A stretch of DNA of 64,000 nucleotides from Nitrospirales bacterium (GCA_965203295.1 CBDBCZ010000017.1:2080001-2144000); one strand, 5' to 3'. Positions 29,145-42,671 are shown, counted from the first letter of the stretch. A program made the numbers and translations. Notes: a model not told the origin generated them from the letters alone.

Positions 29145-30524
29145 GGTCGTCTTCTGATTCTGGTACGTTAAGTGTCAGAACAGGCACCCATTGTGAAATA
29201 TCCCGTGGATCGGAGTTGCCATAGATTCCAACATGAGTCCTTGAGGGGGCAGACATGAAAAAGCTAGCCTAAGGGTTCTCTCTCTGATACTTTGGCAGTT
29301 CTCCACCAATTTTTGTACTTGGAGACTGCTACAAAATAGAATTTGTTTATAACCCCAATCATAGGTTTCAAGTGGATCGAAGATCTGATGAGAGAACTAA
29401 CACATTCTATAGTATTGCAGTTGCAGGGACTTTAAATTAGAAAAGATACTGTCTGCCATCCAAACTGACCTATTGGATGTATTAAATATGGAATGGTATA
29501 CTATATAGCATGGTGGAAGGATGGAGAAAGTGCTTACATAAATGTTGGACAGGAAATGCAATTCAGTCTCTAGGAAATCAACAACAGCATACTGAGCCTT
29601 CATTCACTTACTTTAGGGTACATCCAATTATGATACTTTCCCTAAAGCGGACACCAACGGTTGTGCTTGGCTCACATGTTTCACTGCTACTCCTCGCCAC
29701 CAGCCACATGCCACTGTCCACAGAGATGTTCACTACACATTTGCTGATGTAACTCAAAGTGATTTCCACAGACGCATCAGAAATTTCTCCAGATCCATTG
29801 TGGCTAAGGGAGTATTGTCAAAAGAATTTACAGTAAAAACAAATGGGACAGCTCAAAATGTTGCTTTTTAAATATTGCCACAGTTAATTAATCAATTATT
29901 TATAATGTAATTAATTAATTATGATGCTTTGTGACGTAGCTGGTAGGTTATTTCAGGGAGGGCTGCGTCTTGAACCTTTCTTGCTGGGGCTTCCTGCAGC
30001 AAAGGCACCTGACCCCACACTGGAATTAGCAGCAACTTTAACTAGTTTCGATCAACACTCTCTTCAGCACACCACTGTGGCAATTGGCATGTTCATCAGC
30101 ACACTGATGATTGCAGCTAGCCACATCACAATCCTACCAGCCATATTCACATGCAATGATGTAACTAAGCACATCAGAACTGACATTATATGCACAACAT
30201 ATCCTACACTGCTGCATGCAGTACATATATCAATACAGCGCTCCCTGCCTCACCGACAACTAGAAGGGATTGAAGGGGGTTTACTGTGAGCTTCTAGAAT
30301 TAGGAACTAAGGATTGCTTTATATGGGTAAATTATTTGGTCCTCTAATAATTCATACCCTCTAATAATTCATGTATTTGAATAATTCGCACACTCCCAAT
30401 TATTCACTCACTTGGATTGTAAATGTGCATACAGCACACATGCGATACTCTACATAACGCTATGCCTAGTACTATCCAGATGCAATGCTGTATTGCTTAG
30501 TATTAAAAATGCACCCTGACTCAC

Positions 30525-31853
30525 TACTCCACGCTGGTGTCAATGTCAGCCTTGAGTTCCTGGTGTCTGTCCATGGTTTCCCCAGCCCCTGGGATATCCC
30601 TGGCCAGCGCATCTGACTCCAGCACAGTGCAGGTCTCAGATGCCCAGGCAAGCTACGTAGTGTGGAAATCACATCTGTGTAGAATCTTTGTGATCCTGCA
30701 ATGCACGTATTTCACTCTCTCAAGTAAAACTACATACATGCAGATCAATTAGGTCACACAAGCAACCAAAAACGTTGTTTACTGTAAACTCTGGTTAATA
30801 AGCGCATGCGCTTATGACTCTAAGTGGTAAGCAACCGTGCGCCTACTAGAGGATGTGCGCTAATAGGGTTGCAATTTTTGCAACCACCCTCAACACGTGA
30901 CAACGCAAGATGCGTGCAGAGACAGCTATTTTTGTAGTCGTGTTTAAAAAAGCTGAGAGTAGTGAGATAGTGAGTATTAGCGAAGTATTCTAAGACTTCA
31001 TCCTCCTCCAAGAAAGTGCAATCCATGGCCATCATGTCTTCAAGGAGATATGGAGTCTATGACTAGGCGAAATTCACTGACAGACGTGCGGTTGCTTTGC
31101 TAAAAGTAGACGGAAGCGTAGTCGGGCATGTGCATAGAGAGTTCTCAAGAGTATTTTGGCATTTCTTAGCATGCACTAAACAAATGATACCCACGACCAG
31201 AAAGGAAGCATGCGCTTAATAAATGCTATGCGCTTAATAGCGAGGTGCGCCTAACAACCAGAGTTTACGGATAAGAGTACTGAGTCATTGAATGTTTCAT
31301 AGCCATAATTTTGAAAACCTCTTCTAACCCCCAAATAGTTGTGGAATAGGCAATAACTACAAAGCAGTCAAATGTGCCATGCTAGGATTCATACGTTATG
31401 AGCCTCTGCAGCTATGGGGCATATGTATCTTGCATACCAAGTCTTTTGAGCCAGCCAGGAAAGTGTGGAGGAAATAGGCATTGTCCAGCTGAGACTTGTT
31501 ATTGGCAGCCTTCACCTGCAGGGCATAACAATTATATCTTGTGTGTTGATTGAGCCACAACTCAGTTGCTAGCTAGGATATACGCCCAAAGTATTAATTC
31601 TTACACACTTGCAAATCGAGCTTCATACGTACATAAAATAGTGTATGTACACTACAGTCATAAATCCAGACAGTGATTTTCGCATTCTCTCATATCCCAG
31701 GCACCTAGAGGTTCTCCCAGAGAGAGTCGATCTCCTCTTGCTTGTTGCGAACCTGTCTGGTCTCCTGGTGGATTCCAGCCACCCCATTGTGAGTCATCCT
31801 CTCCAGTCGGGAGAGATGTTCCTCCACTGAAGCCAGCTCTCTCTCCAGGGCCC
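30525..31853 (-). pseudogene. Spectrin-repeat gene fragment; exons 31853-31705, 31515-31438, 30652-30525
   Basis: ALERELASVEEHLSRL..VRNKQEEIDSLWENL* / VKAANNKSQLDNAYFLHTFLAGSKDL / LAWASETCTVLESDALARDIPGAGETMDRHQELKADID resembles spectrin repeats. In-frame TAG at the end of the first exon; no flanking exons found. Confidence 0.8.
30782..31270. mobile_element. MITE in an intron of the spectrin fragment
   Basis: CTGTAAACTCTGGTT ... AACCAGAGTTTACGG inverted termini. Confidence 0.75.
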
Positions 31854-31854
31854 C

Positions 31855-31902
<48 letters not shown>

Positions 31903-32144
31903 AAAAGTAGAAAGGTAGCAATAGAGTGTGGGTGAGCACATTTGCAATTCTCAGACGAAGGTAGCAATCTACACTTCTTGTAGCGATCTGCACAGCCTGT
32001 TTGTGCCACAGACCTACTGCAGAAACAAAGTCTCCAGTAAAATAAACGCAGCCATCTTTCAAATTGGACCCTACTGACGCGTTGAATAAAACGGGGGCCT
32101 GAGAGCGAGTATAAGGAATGAGTATGTGGTCTTAGACAACAAAT

Positions 32145-32362
32145 ACAGTGGGAATGGGTATGTGTGTCTACACACACATTGGAAATGGGTATTATGTCTA
32201 CACACAGTGGGAATGAGTGTGTGGTCTACAGAAAGATGGGCGATTTCGCCAGATGTGACTATAGTATGGAGAAGGCAAACTTGCTACTCAGTCCAACATT
32301 GGTGGAACTACACTGTGGGAATGGGTATGTGGTCTACACACACACATTGGGAATGGGTATCT
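32145..32362. repeat. Interrupted ~30-bp minisatellite (CACA..TGGGAATGGGTATGTGGTCTACA)
   Basis: About five imperfect copies visible. Confidence 0.75.
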
Positions 32363-33708
32363 AAACAGCAAAAATAGAATGATGTGCAAAGAAATGAATA
32401 AAGTGACGAGCATTGCTTCTAGCCTCGTTTCCATCACTTATGTGGCTTCCAAGGACTGAAAATGAGCCCCAGGCTTAGCTAGTAGAAGTGATGTAGCTGG
32501 AGGGAGGCCGGAAATACATTACGGAACGTTAGCCCAAATAATACATACCATAAGAGATTTCATTGCTGAGCACATCTTAGTACGAGGTAAGTAATCCTGC
32601 GGCACATACCTAGTAGTTGAATCTGAGCTAATATATATACGATCTTGAAAACAAACAAAACAAAGTAGCAAACCCACCACATTACTCTACAGAAAAGATA
32701 GAGTATGTTGGAGTGAAATTCCCAAAAGTAACCAAACAAAGTAGGAATAACATAACCGAACTTTCATGGATTATTATTACTACATGTACAGTGCTCAAAA
32801 TCTAAAGAGTAGACTTTCTCTGCTGGCACTTTCTGCCATTTTTACCTTAAAAAATGAATGTAGATACTAATGATAACTGCTCATAAGCCTAGCTAGTTGA
32901 AAAATGCGGCTGTGGACTGACAATAAGGTACTTTTCCGGCAAGTCTTCCATACACTGCTGTACTAGCGGCCATGTTTTTTGACGTCATGGATTTTTTTGC
33001 GTGTCACAAAAATACTGTAACCGTAGGGACTTTCCCTTACTAGAATCAATAATCGCGCGGTAGATCGTCGGAACGCTCGATACTGCTACGGACTTACTCT
33101 GCTACACAGAGAGACTGCCACAGCGACAACGAACATCAAAATGGCAAAAAATGCCTGCGCAGACGAAAAGATGTTTTTTCTGACTGAACAGTGAGACCCA
33201 GGAATTGTTTGAGTAGTGGTACATTAGCATCAACAACTTAATAGCTCTGTGATTTTTTTTGAGAGTTCTCGGACGATAAATTCAAAAGTTACTACCTTAA
33301 GCGATAACCCACTCTAAACACGATCTTTGGTCAAAATCTTTGATGTTGATTGATTGAGGGGAACATTTCTAACTCTCAAAGGTACCTCGGCCTGACTGCT
33401 TGTTATATTCAAGGTTAAAACTTTCTCGGAACAATGATGCAAGTCAGGTGTCTTGCAGAAGCCATAGAACCCTACGAATCAAATTAACACCTTTTCCACA
33501 TTGTAGCAGATGTATGTAGGTATATGCATACCACTTTACAGAACCTAATATCAAACAATGTAGGGTGTAGAACATTAAAAGTAATTTTATCAAAAATCTA
33601 CTCTTTAGATTCTGAGCACTGTACATCTTGCCAACAACACACACACACCCCAAGCAAGCTACATCTGTTCCCGCTATGCCACCACACGCAGTGTAGCTTA
33701 GTGACATA

Positions 33709-34265
33709 CTGTAGACTCGGGCTATCAGGTGCACTTCGTTATGTAGCGCACATACGCTATCAGGCACATGCTCGCTTCTCGGCCTAAAGAGGCGCACGTT
33801 CCAATCAAACAAAACATTGGGCGGAGTAACTAGCACAAAAATTATTAGAACGAGAAACTAGGAGACTGTTAGCAGGTAGCTAGCTCTCTGAGTATGTGGC
33901 CAACAATCTCTCCGTCTCGATAGATAGCTACGGCTCACTAGTCATGGCGGTTGGTCGGTTCAGCCCAATAACGGGTCTCTATACTTCTTTGTACACGTGG
34001 AGACCACGAACTACTCTTTCTTTGATAGTGATTCTATACCGGTAGTTAGTAATCTGCTAACAGCAACATTCCCACTTTTATAGCTAGCTACTGTAACCTT
34101 GCCGCGAAGAACTTTAGATTTTCACATGACAGCTATCGTTGACATCATGCAATAAATAGGCGTGGTAGACCTTTAACCCCGATATGTAGCGCACTTCTTT
34201 ATGTAGCGCATATACCGTCGCTATTGTCCCAACTAGTGCATGTGCCTGATAACCCAAGTCTGTGG
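33709..34265. mobile_element. MITE, same family as 2200-2763
   Basis: Full-length similarity and matching termini. Confidence 0.85.
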
Positions 34266-34936
34266 TACATCTGTTTTCTCAAAAGTGTGCTATAGATCCA
34301 GAGGAGGTTGGACATGCATTCACTAACGTGCGCAGTCATGTTTCCTTTGCTGCAATTAATTACATTCCACATTGCATTCCAGCATTCAATTAGCTCACTG
34401 AGAAGCTAAAAAGTATAGATTGAAGCTAGGTAGACATCTACAAAGAGTTAGCAAGGGCCAAAATGACGTATCGTTCAGCAATTTTAGCGATTCTGCGCAT
34501 TTACGAGGAGCCGTACGTGTGACATAAATGGAAAGCTACACTGACTCGAAACACAGGCCGGTAAGCATAGCTCATAATGAAGCTGCAATGGCCTGTAGAT
34601 TTCTGTAAGATGGTGGGAACAGACCTAGAAGGGCAGCATCTTGCCATCTGTAGATAGAATCCAGTATGTAGTCTCACCTTGCCAACAGCTAAATAGTTTA
34701 CCGACCGTAGCACTGCAATGACCCAGGGACTGAACGGGGCTGACTCGCTTTTCTAAAAGTGTTTCACAAGCAGATTCCAGCAATATGGAGTGTTTCTTGT
34801 ATACTGATAACAGAACTTGGTCGAAACTAGACCAAACTACTTATTGTACATGCAGCTCAATAAAGAACAGCTCCATGAACACATGGGCTGTCTGTCACAT
34901 GACCCATGTGTCCAATCTCCACTGCTACATATACAT

Positions 34937-35981
34937 TAGTCTCGTGCCCAGACCCACGTTAGAAAGGTGGGTCTGGTTCCCCGCATATTCAAAGTTGGGG
35001 CAGCATCACGTCAGCGGTCCCAGATCTGGACCGGCAATGTGATTGGTTGATTATTGGGGCGAGCCTGAGCGAGCCCCAAACTTAGCGACTTGGCTGTACA
35101 ATTGCTGTCCGTTTGGTACGTACGTCTTACCGAATGTAAGTGAAAGTAAAGTCTAATTTAGCGAAATGCGTAGCCTAGGCGACGTTAAATTGACTTGACC
35201 ACGTGAATACTTCAGTTTTGGAATTTCTTCGAAGTTTTGAAACTTCTACATGTGCAAGCTAGCGCTTTTGATACAACTGTCAGCATGGATATATCGCAAT
35301 AATGTACGAATACAGCGAGAGGAGAGGCTTCGAAGACGGAAAGAGCGTGAGAGGGACCACCGTCGTTCCAAGACAGCCGACCAAAAGGATATTGCCTCTT
35401 TTGTCACTAGTTTGCCATGACTGTACCCAGTGAGCTTGTCTTAGTTATAGGCTATCCAGTTCCTTTTTGACTTCCATGCTTGTGAAAATATCCATCCTGC
35501 TTAACTAGTAGCCTCGTTCCTAGGCCTCCGTACAGCTTTTGTCGCTACTTAGCTAGTAGCTAGTGCAGGGACTACACTCTGATGCTCCTGCTCTACTTAA
35601 CGCTTCAAGGGGGCGATGGACCTCATCACTGAGCAGAGACCATAGAACATTCTGACAGGAATGCACTCTGGAGCGTTCTCCACATTCTTGTACACTTTCA
35701 TTTCTCAAGCTACTTAAATTATCCCTCATTATCATCACGTTTTCTACTGCACGCTATATGTTTCGCGAAGGCTCGCCCCACTATGCCCTGCATATCACTA
35801 GTAGTATTACATCACTAAACGGCTGTACTATCCAGATATCCATACCGTTTAGTGATGTAATACTAATCAACCAATCACATTGCCAGTCCAGATCTGGGAT
35901 CGCTGACGTAATGCTGCCCCAACTTTCAATATGTGGGGTGAGCCAGACCCACTTTCAAACGTGAGGCTGGGCATGAGACTG
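34937..35981. mobile_element. MITE with ~115-bp TIRs carrying a nested Helentron/HINE-like element (35054-35802)
   Basis: TAGTCTCGTGCCCAG...GATTGGTTGATTA is inverted at 35864-35981. The inner element has TGGGGCGAGCCT / AGGCTCGCCCCA subterminal inverted repeats and a CTAGT end. Confidence 0.8.
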
Positions 35982-35990
35982 CATATGCAC

Positions 35991-36045
35991 AGGCCCACCA
36001 CAGGCCCCCAAAAATTGTGTACAACACCTACTGGACAAGTAAGAT
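35991..36045 (-). ncRNA. Putative Sm-class small RNA, unit 1 (promoter type A)
   Basis: Upstream element 36094-36106, 18-nt spacer, TATATAAGG 36067-36075. RNA AUCUUACUUGUCCAGUAGGUGUUGUACAC-AAUUUUUGG-GGGCCUGUGGUGGGCCU. Start inferred about 30 nt from the TATA box. Confidence 0.65.
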
Positions 36046-37655
36046 AAGGCAAACAGCTGGGTCACTCCTTATATAGGCAGCACTTGCTTGAAACACTTGT
36101 GGGTTTCTAAACACTCAATATTAGCAATTAAAGTGTATGAATACTATTACCTGCTGTCCCGCCATAATCATGGCCACTGGCCCACTGTACAGTGAGACTG
36201 CAGCTCTGGTGCAAATACTATTAGTTCCGGTTTTGGTCAGCATAAACTTTAGAGATTCACATGTAAGCATGATCTTACACGAGTTAATGTCTCCAGAGGA
36301 GGTTGGAAGCGGGCATGTACACTAATAGTGGAATCCAATTAGCTATGCTTTCTGATGATGTCAATAAAACGTCTCGGGCAGATTGGAGCAATAATAGCTG
36401 CTCTAGGAGTGATCTCTGATCTCGTACAAGTTTAGCAGCTTTCAAAGTAATAGCTGGAATCTGAGTGGTAGCTAAACCACTATCGTATTCGTAGCTTTAC
36501 AAATATTGTGCAAGTTCACTGAGAATCCTCTGCATTCAAGCCCAATCTTTAGCAGCACAGTTCCATACGTACTTGCAAGCCAAGCTTTTTGAAGGGGCAT
36601 CCCCACTCGTCCCCTCAAAGGTTGTAGAGCTACAGAACATTCCAGGCCAGACAATGCATACCTTTGCGTATCTTCCATATTCTTCTCAATGGAATGCTAT
36701 TAACTATACACGACATTATGCATTTATTAACGTACATGTACACGTAATCACCTCCAACACATAAATGTGATCTCTCCAACCTCCTTTGGGAATCCTCAAT
36801 GAACGGTATTAAGGCGAACCTCATACTGAGGCCTTTCACCTCATACTGTAGCCACGGAAAAAGAAGGCCTTGGGTATGAGTTGAGGAATGTAAGGCAGAT
36901 ATACCATACGTGGGTGTGTGGCTAGAGGCCACTTATATCGGTCTACTTCAAACCACATCGGGTAGTAATCTAGCCAATGCAAATGTGATCAACGAGATTT
37001 AGCATCCTTTGAGACTTTAGTACAATTTTGTACAAGCTCTGCTAGACCCTCCCTCTATTTTCTTATTCTCCTGTGCTGCTCATGTGTGAGTGAAGTGAAG
37101 CATGTAAGTGCCATTGCATGGGGATGTGTCTATCCTACATCACGGTACGTGATAAGTGGTACCAGACCTTCCCTCTCCACGGCTGCGAGATAAAGCTGGG
37201 GTGGGAAGGACTGGGAACGAGGCTACTACATTACACATGTCATCCTGCAGGCTCCTATATATGGGGACTGTAGCTCTGGTGTGCATTCTACTGTGAATTC
37301 CTAGTTGTTACAGTTGGTTCGTCTGTCCTTGTAGCTGGCAAATTAGACATTTAAAAATCACCTAGCATCCTTCTTGAACCGTGGATCAAAGTCTAGGCTT
37401 GTGTTAACAACACATTGTATTCATCCACTGGCTTTTCTTTAGCCAGAATGGTCTGTGACATTGCATGTCCTGCCACTCTTAGAGAGGCTACGCATACAAC
37501 AGTGGTAGCCTCGTTCCCAGTCTCCACAGCCAGCCTTTCTGCATGTCGGCAGAGGAGACTGGGAACGAGGCTATAGAAGTCGCTTAGTACAGAATGAAGA
37601 ATGGAGAGTCCAGTCCCTGGGCTATAAGACCAGTACTATGATACACCATTACATT

Positions 37656-37773
37656 AGCCCATACCAACATGGGCTCCTAAATTAAATCCAGTAAAGTGTG
37701 GAATACTACCTCACCCCATCTTTAGAGCTGCTTTTGTAGCTAGCCCCACTGTGGGCAAGGCACTTGTGGGTTT
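37656..37773 (-). pseudogene. Degenerate Sm-RNA unit 2 (type B)
   Basis: Upstream element intact (37761-37773), but spacer 22 nt, TATA mutated to TACAAAAG and Sm site reduced to AAUUUAGG; 3' hairpin AGCCCAU/AUGGGCU retained. Confidence 0.6.
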
Positions 37774-37849
37774 GATATAAACACATACATTAATTCACAC
37801 AGAATGCAGTTACTATGGTTACAGCTCACTCTCAGGGCACCAGATGTAC

Positions 37850-38110
37850 AGACTAAGTCTGGGTTTAGCACGTTCCTCGTGTTTAGGAGATGGGGGATGG
37901 CCTATAGTGAGAGAGTAATTACAGTTGGAATTGGCTGGGTCCTACTGGCAAGTGCTACTAGCAAGTTTAGTGGCTATATAAAGCTTGCCTACTGCTCCTC
38001 TGCCAAGGGGCTCCTGTAGCTCAATTGGTTAAGAGCATCTGACTAGTATTTAGAAGGTCCTGGGTTCAATCCCCAGCTGGGTCCCGATTTTTCGGGATTT
38101 CTTTACTCTT
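37850..38110 (+). repeat. Dispersed repeat containing a TATA box, a tRNA-Thr(AGT)-like sequence (38010-38083) and a T5 terminator
   Basis: D arm with A box TAGCTCAATTGG, anticodon arm TCTGA CTAGTAT TTAGA, T arm CTGGG TTCAATC CCCAG; two mismatches in the acceptor stem. Confidence 0.75.
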
Positions 38111-38853
38111 CTCACAGAACTTTGCAATGTATACGATGGCCCAAAATCTCAAGATAGGTTAGCTAGTACACACCTAGTCTGACATAATAGAGTATGACAG
38201 GAATTTGGCTACAAATATTTATGCAAACTACCAAGTAAAGAAAAAAGAGAAAAGTAAAGTAAGGGCCCCCCCCCCTGAGAAATGTGAGAGGCCAGACAAC
38301 CAGTACATGCTCTGTGATGGGTGGGGTATGTGCTGCTCCAGCTGGCTGTTGCTGGGTCCTCAGGGAGGAGGAGGAGGAGGGGCCACTGACGCCTCAGATC
38401 TCTCCTGGCATACTGTTATAATATCTGATTCAGGACAGCTGCAGTCAGCAGAGCTATAGAGTAGAACTCCTCCAAATCCGGAGTCCCGGGCTCGGACAGG
38501 ACTGATGTACTTATACTGCTAGTGCTAGGGCATGTTTCGATATAACATACCAAAGTCGCTCAGTCTTTACAAAACGTAGCTAGCTCGTACAATCTCACTT
38601 GCTAGCTCCAATCAAGCTTGCTCATGCTCTCCCCACAATGCCCTGCATTCACCTAGTATACACCGCCAAGGTTAGATAACATCACTATTAGAGTCAATGG
38701 CATCAGTGGGTTGGATCTGTCTTTAGCACAATGATACAAAACATATAGTGCTTTTACCATGGGTGGCTTGCTGCACACCAAGGCTGTTTTTTTTTGAACC
38801 AGTACAAAGCTATGAGTATTTGAAAACAGCTGATATAGCATGATATGGCAAAA

Positions 38854-39441
38854 CTGTATCCGCTCTAATTAAGGTGCCCTTATAAATTAATTATGACCCC
38901 CGAGGGGTGCCTTTATCTTTTGGGGTTCGGGAGGCGCCTTATTTAGAGAGGCACCTTCTAATTAGAGCGAAGTTTTTGACGTTCATTAATATCGATCAAT
39001 TCTGTCAGCCCAACGGTATAAAGCCACCACGATACGAGAATGAAGCAGCTACTGCGAGATTGGCTTCCTTGGCGACTATTGAGTTGGAGTTCGAGGATAT
39101 GAATTCCTACGCATCTGGACTCCAGAGGTTGGTGAGGTATATACTCACTACTGTAACGGTGGTGGAAACGGAGAACGAACATGAGTTACGCTGTTGCAGT
39201 TGTCGCTCATGAGCTTGGGACTGTGGGGCATGTTCCCAAAAATATTTCAACACTCTGCCACTGACAGCAATTAATGGATATTACGAACGTCAAAATTTTG
39301 CTCTAATTAGAACGCGCCACCTAAAAATAATTACCGGGGGCAGTAGCTGCTTCATTCTCGCCTTACTTCGAGCGAAAAAAATTGTTTTCTCTTTGAAAGG
39401 GCGGCTTTATTAGAGAGGCACCTTAATTAGAGTGGATACGG
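38854..39441. mobile_element. MITE
   Basis: CTGTATCCGCTCTAATTAAGGTGCC ... GGCACCTTAATTAGAGTGGATACGG; absent from the paralogous site near 47940. Confidence 0.85.
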
Positions 39442-39512
39442 TTACACACACCCTGTGGCACTGTGTGCTCCTGTGATCTGCACTGGAATAATAAGTATAT
39501 TCAAATTTCTGT

Positions 39513-39562
39513 GAGCTTTAATTAGGCCCCCCAAAAATTACAAAACTGAGATGAATGCTTAT
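39513..39562 (-). ncRNA. Putative Sm-class small RNA, unit 3 (type A; weak hairpins)
   Basis: Element 39614-39626, 18-nt spacer, TATATAGGG 39587-39595, Sm site 39531-39539. Confidence 0.5.
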
Positions 39563-42500
39563 AAGGAACCCAGACCCAGGTTCCCTCCCTATATACTCAG
39601 CACTTGCTTGAAACACTTGTGGGTTTGTGAAACTCTCAATATTAGCGATTAAGGTGCATGAATATCATTAGCTGCTCCTCGGGTGCAAATACTAGTTCCT
39701 GTTTTGGTCAGCATAAAGTTTTGAGAATCACATGTAAACATGATCTTACACTGCTAACATACATATAAGCCTGCTGTAATTACTATGGAAACCTCAATGA
39801 ATGACATAAAGGTGATATATACATGTACTCACACTGAGCTCACACTGTACATGTAGCTGTTGAGAAACAAGTATGACATTTCATGTCTAAAAACCAGCCG
39901 GGCACCTTTCCCCTGTACAACACACACAATTCAGCTTAGGCCAAGCCAACTGGGAGCGCTAACTGCAAGCTAGAACGTAGAACAGCGAAAGTGCTGACTC
40001 AGCAGTTTCGTCGTGCGCCTCCAGTTAATAGCTTTACGCAACGAAAACAGGATCTTTATGGCTGCCTATTGAGTTTTCGCCATCTAGGCAACACACAACT
40101 ACCTTCATTTGCTGTAGCTTAGCCTGCAAACCTCCAAAAGCTGCTATACACTGCAGTTGCATAGTAACGTATGACGTAATACATTGCGCACGTGATAAGT
40201 GCGGGCGCACAAACAAACAAACAAACAAACAGACAGATGCGGAAAACGTAAAGTAATATTAGTACCAGCTGTTCGCACGCGCTCCGGCTGGTAAAAACTG
40301 GATAGAAGGCCTTAGCTGTGAATTCACGAATGTAGAGCAGTTATACAGTGGGGGTAGCTAGAGTACACACATACGTACTATCAGTCTACTTTCCATGCTA
40401 CAAACCATGTCCGGGTAGCCAATACGATCTATGAGAGAGTTAGCAAGCAACCCTTGAGTTCTTATTAGTGTGCCCACTACCCCTGGACCGCAGTGTCTGT
40501 GAAAGTAGATTGCATGACTTATGAAACCGTCAATTAACAGAATTTTTACAGTGCAAGATGATTGGCCAGTTAAAAACCAATTTTTGTGCAAGTTCTGCTA
40601 GACCCTCTCTCTCCAACTTTTTGTTATCCCACACCGCAAATGGGTGAATGGGGTTAAGCAATCTGTTGTTGTTATCCAACTATCATTACAAAATGTGTGA
40701 TTTAGAGGCTATAAAGCTGGAGGTAACCAACAAAATCAAAAAATTGCCTGAACATATAGTCACCAAAGCAGTTCAGCTCTAACTTATTCAATATCGGTAA
40801 GGTATGCCATTTCAAGAACTCTAATAAGGCAGAGGCTGGCGGTCTCTTGACATGTGTTCATAGTGGAGTATACATAGTGAGGCATCTGTGTCTTTACTGC
40901 GGTGATCAGCCACGCCTTACGGCAGTGCGTTTACGGAGAAGATCCTCCCTACATCTCCTTACCCAGCTCAGGTTGGACTCCGTAAACACACTGCGCTGTG
41001 ATTTGTAGCTACTGAGCCAGAGGTCGAAATAACGTGCGGTCATCGGTCAATTTCCGTACATATTGCTATATATAGTGACTGAGCAAAACTACATGTGGTC
41101 GGTAGGCAGGCGTGCCCGGAAGCTTGTGTAACAGCTGCTGCATAGTGATTGCTAATCATAACTAGAAGTCTCTAGCAGAGACATACCCCGCGGTGCATAA
41201 TTCACAACTTGGACCTGGCAGGACTGCAGACTGGGCTGATGGAGTAGTTGGCAAAGTGTACAATCATGTATATAACTGGCCGTGTATCCGCACGCAGAGT
41301 GTACAGCGCACGTGTATGCGTATATATCTGTATATCGTCTGGGAAGTGGTGGGCGTGACTGATTGCCAATATGAACACGTGACCAGAGTCCGTATATGCC
41401 CGGCCTCTATCGTATTCTAGTTGTGACCGTATTAAAATGACAGAATGCACCGTTGTTAAAAAAGAAAGAGCTGTAGATAGAGCGAATGGAACCGCTTTGG
41501 CGACTATCAGGTACACACCCGGACATTTTTTTTTTGATTTCAATGTTACTGTCGTGTTTAGCAATCGCTTAACCTTGTAAATCGCGAGATAGCCCGATTT
41601 TTGAGTGGACAGACACCGGACAGACAGAACCAATTGCTTAACCCCGCCGCCGCCTACGCGCCGCGGGGTAATAATTCACAACGTCTCGTATAATGCCTAC
41701 TTGTGAATAGTAAACACTATCCAAATAAGGAGTTTCTGCTCTCAGGTCAGCTTGGGAAGAGAGGACGAATCGACTGGTTTGTGTGTATTCATTTTTTTGG
41801 TGGTGCTTGCTCAACAATGCATTCACATCTATTATCTTGCTGTTGCTGAAATGTTTCAGTCATAATCATACTACAAGTACTGTGACAGGTAGGTACGTCC
41901 AGTCATATTTGCTAAATGACCAATCATTGATGAGCACCGCAGAACCACAAGTATGCTATATCTGTATAGAAAATTCAAACACTGTCATCACACACAGTAG
42001 CCTCGTGCCCAGGCTCTTTGCGTGGGAGGGAAGTTGAGCCTGATAGACACTGTTTGTGCATGCTCAGTTCCCCCAGGATTTCTGGGGGTTGGAAACTAGC
42101 GGGTGCTACAGCAAAATATTATCCATCAATCATCGTGTCACAGTCCGGTGCACTAGAGTAGTTGGTGAGTTACAAGCACCTGGGAACATTTTTTAAGCCA
42201 GTAGCTGCCGAGAAAGTGATTGCTAGTTTGGTTCTTTGATCCCGTTCGCTTTTGAAAGGCCTAGAAGACCAGATCTGTGATCAAAAATCGAGCTACTACC
42301 AAAAGGGGAGGGGCACTTCCGAATTTTTGTGGTAAGATACCATAATCCCAGCAGATAGAAAGGTACAGGCCTTATTGCTATTTTTAAGCCATTTGTAAAG
42401 CTATTTGTGGCTGAAGAAAGGCAGAATGAGCTAGTCCTATTTCTCCCGCTTACTATACATGTACGCTGCTCCGTACTACTTGTTACCATGGGGCTGAAGT

Positions 42501-42611
42501 CATTCACGGATACCAGGCTCTACTTTCCTTCCCCGCAAGAGCCTGGGCACGAGGCTACACACACACAGTGCAAAAGAAAAGTGCTGTTTTTCTCAAAGTG
42601 TGCCATATAAT

Positions 42612-42671
42612 AGGCCCACCATTGGTGTAGGCTTCCCAAAAATTAATTGCAAGTTGAACAATGCAGAGACT
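42612..42671 (-). ncRNA. Putative Sm-class small RNA, unit 4 (type A)
   Basis: Element 42722-42734, 18-nt spacer, TATATAAGG 42695-42703; UGCA..UGCA stem, Sm site 42636-42644, 3' hairpin GCCUACACCAAUGGUGGGC. Confidence 0.62.

Noticed and set aside
36067..36106. Reading the repeated motif as a plus-strand TATA box followed by a CACTT initiator
   Set aside because: Type B copies read CTTTTATA on the plus strand, which is TATAAAAG only on the minus strand. The Sm site and hairpins lie downstream only in the minus orientation.
36810..36890. Repeated hairpin CCTCATACTGAGGCC... (also about 43070, 57530, 58790) as a U4-like or other ncRNA
   Set aside because: It matches a decayed member of the AGCCTCGTACCCAGGCC hairpin MITE family carried along in the duplications.
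38010..38083. Functional tRNA-Thr(AGT) gene
   Set aside because: Two acceptor-stem mismatches and location inside a dispersed repeat with decayed copies.
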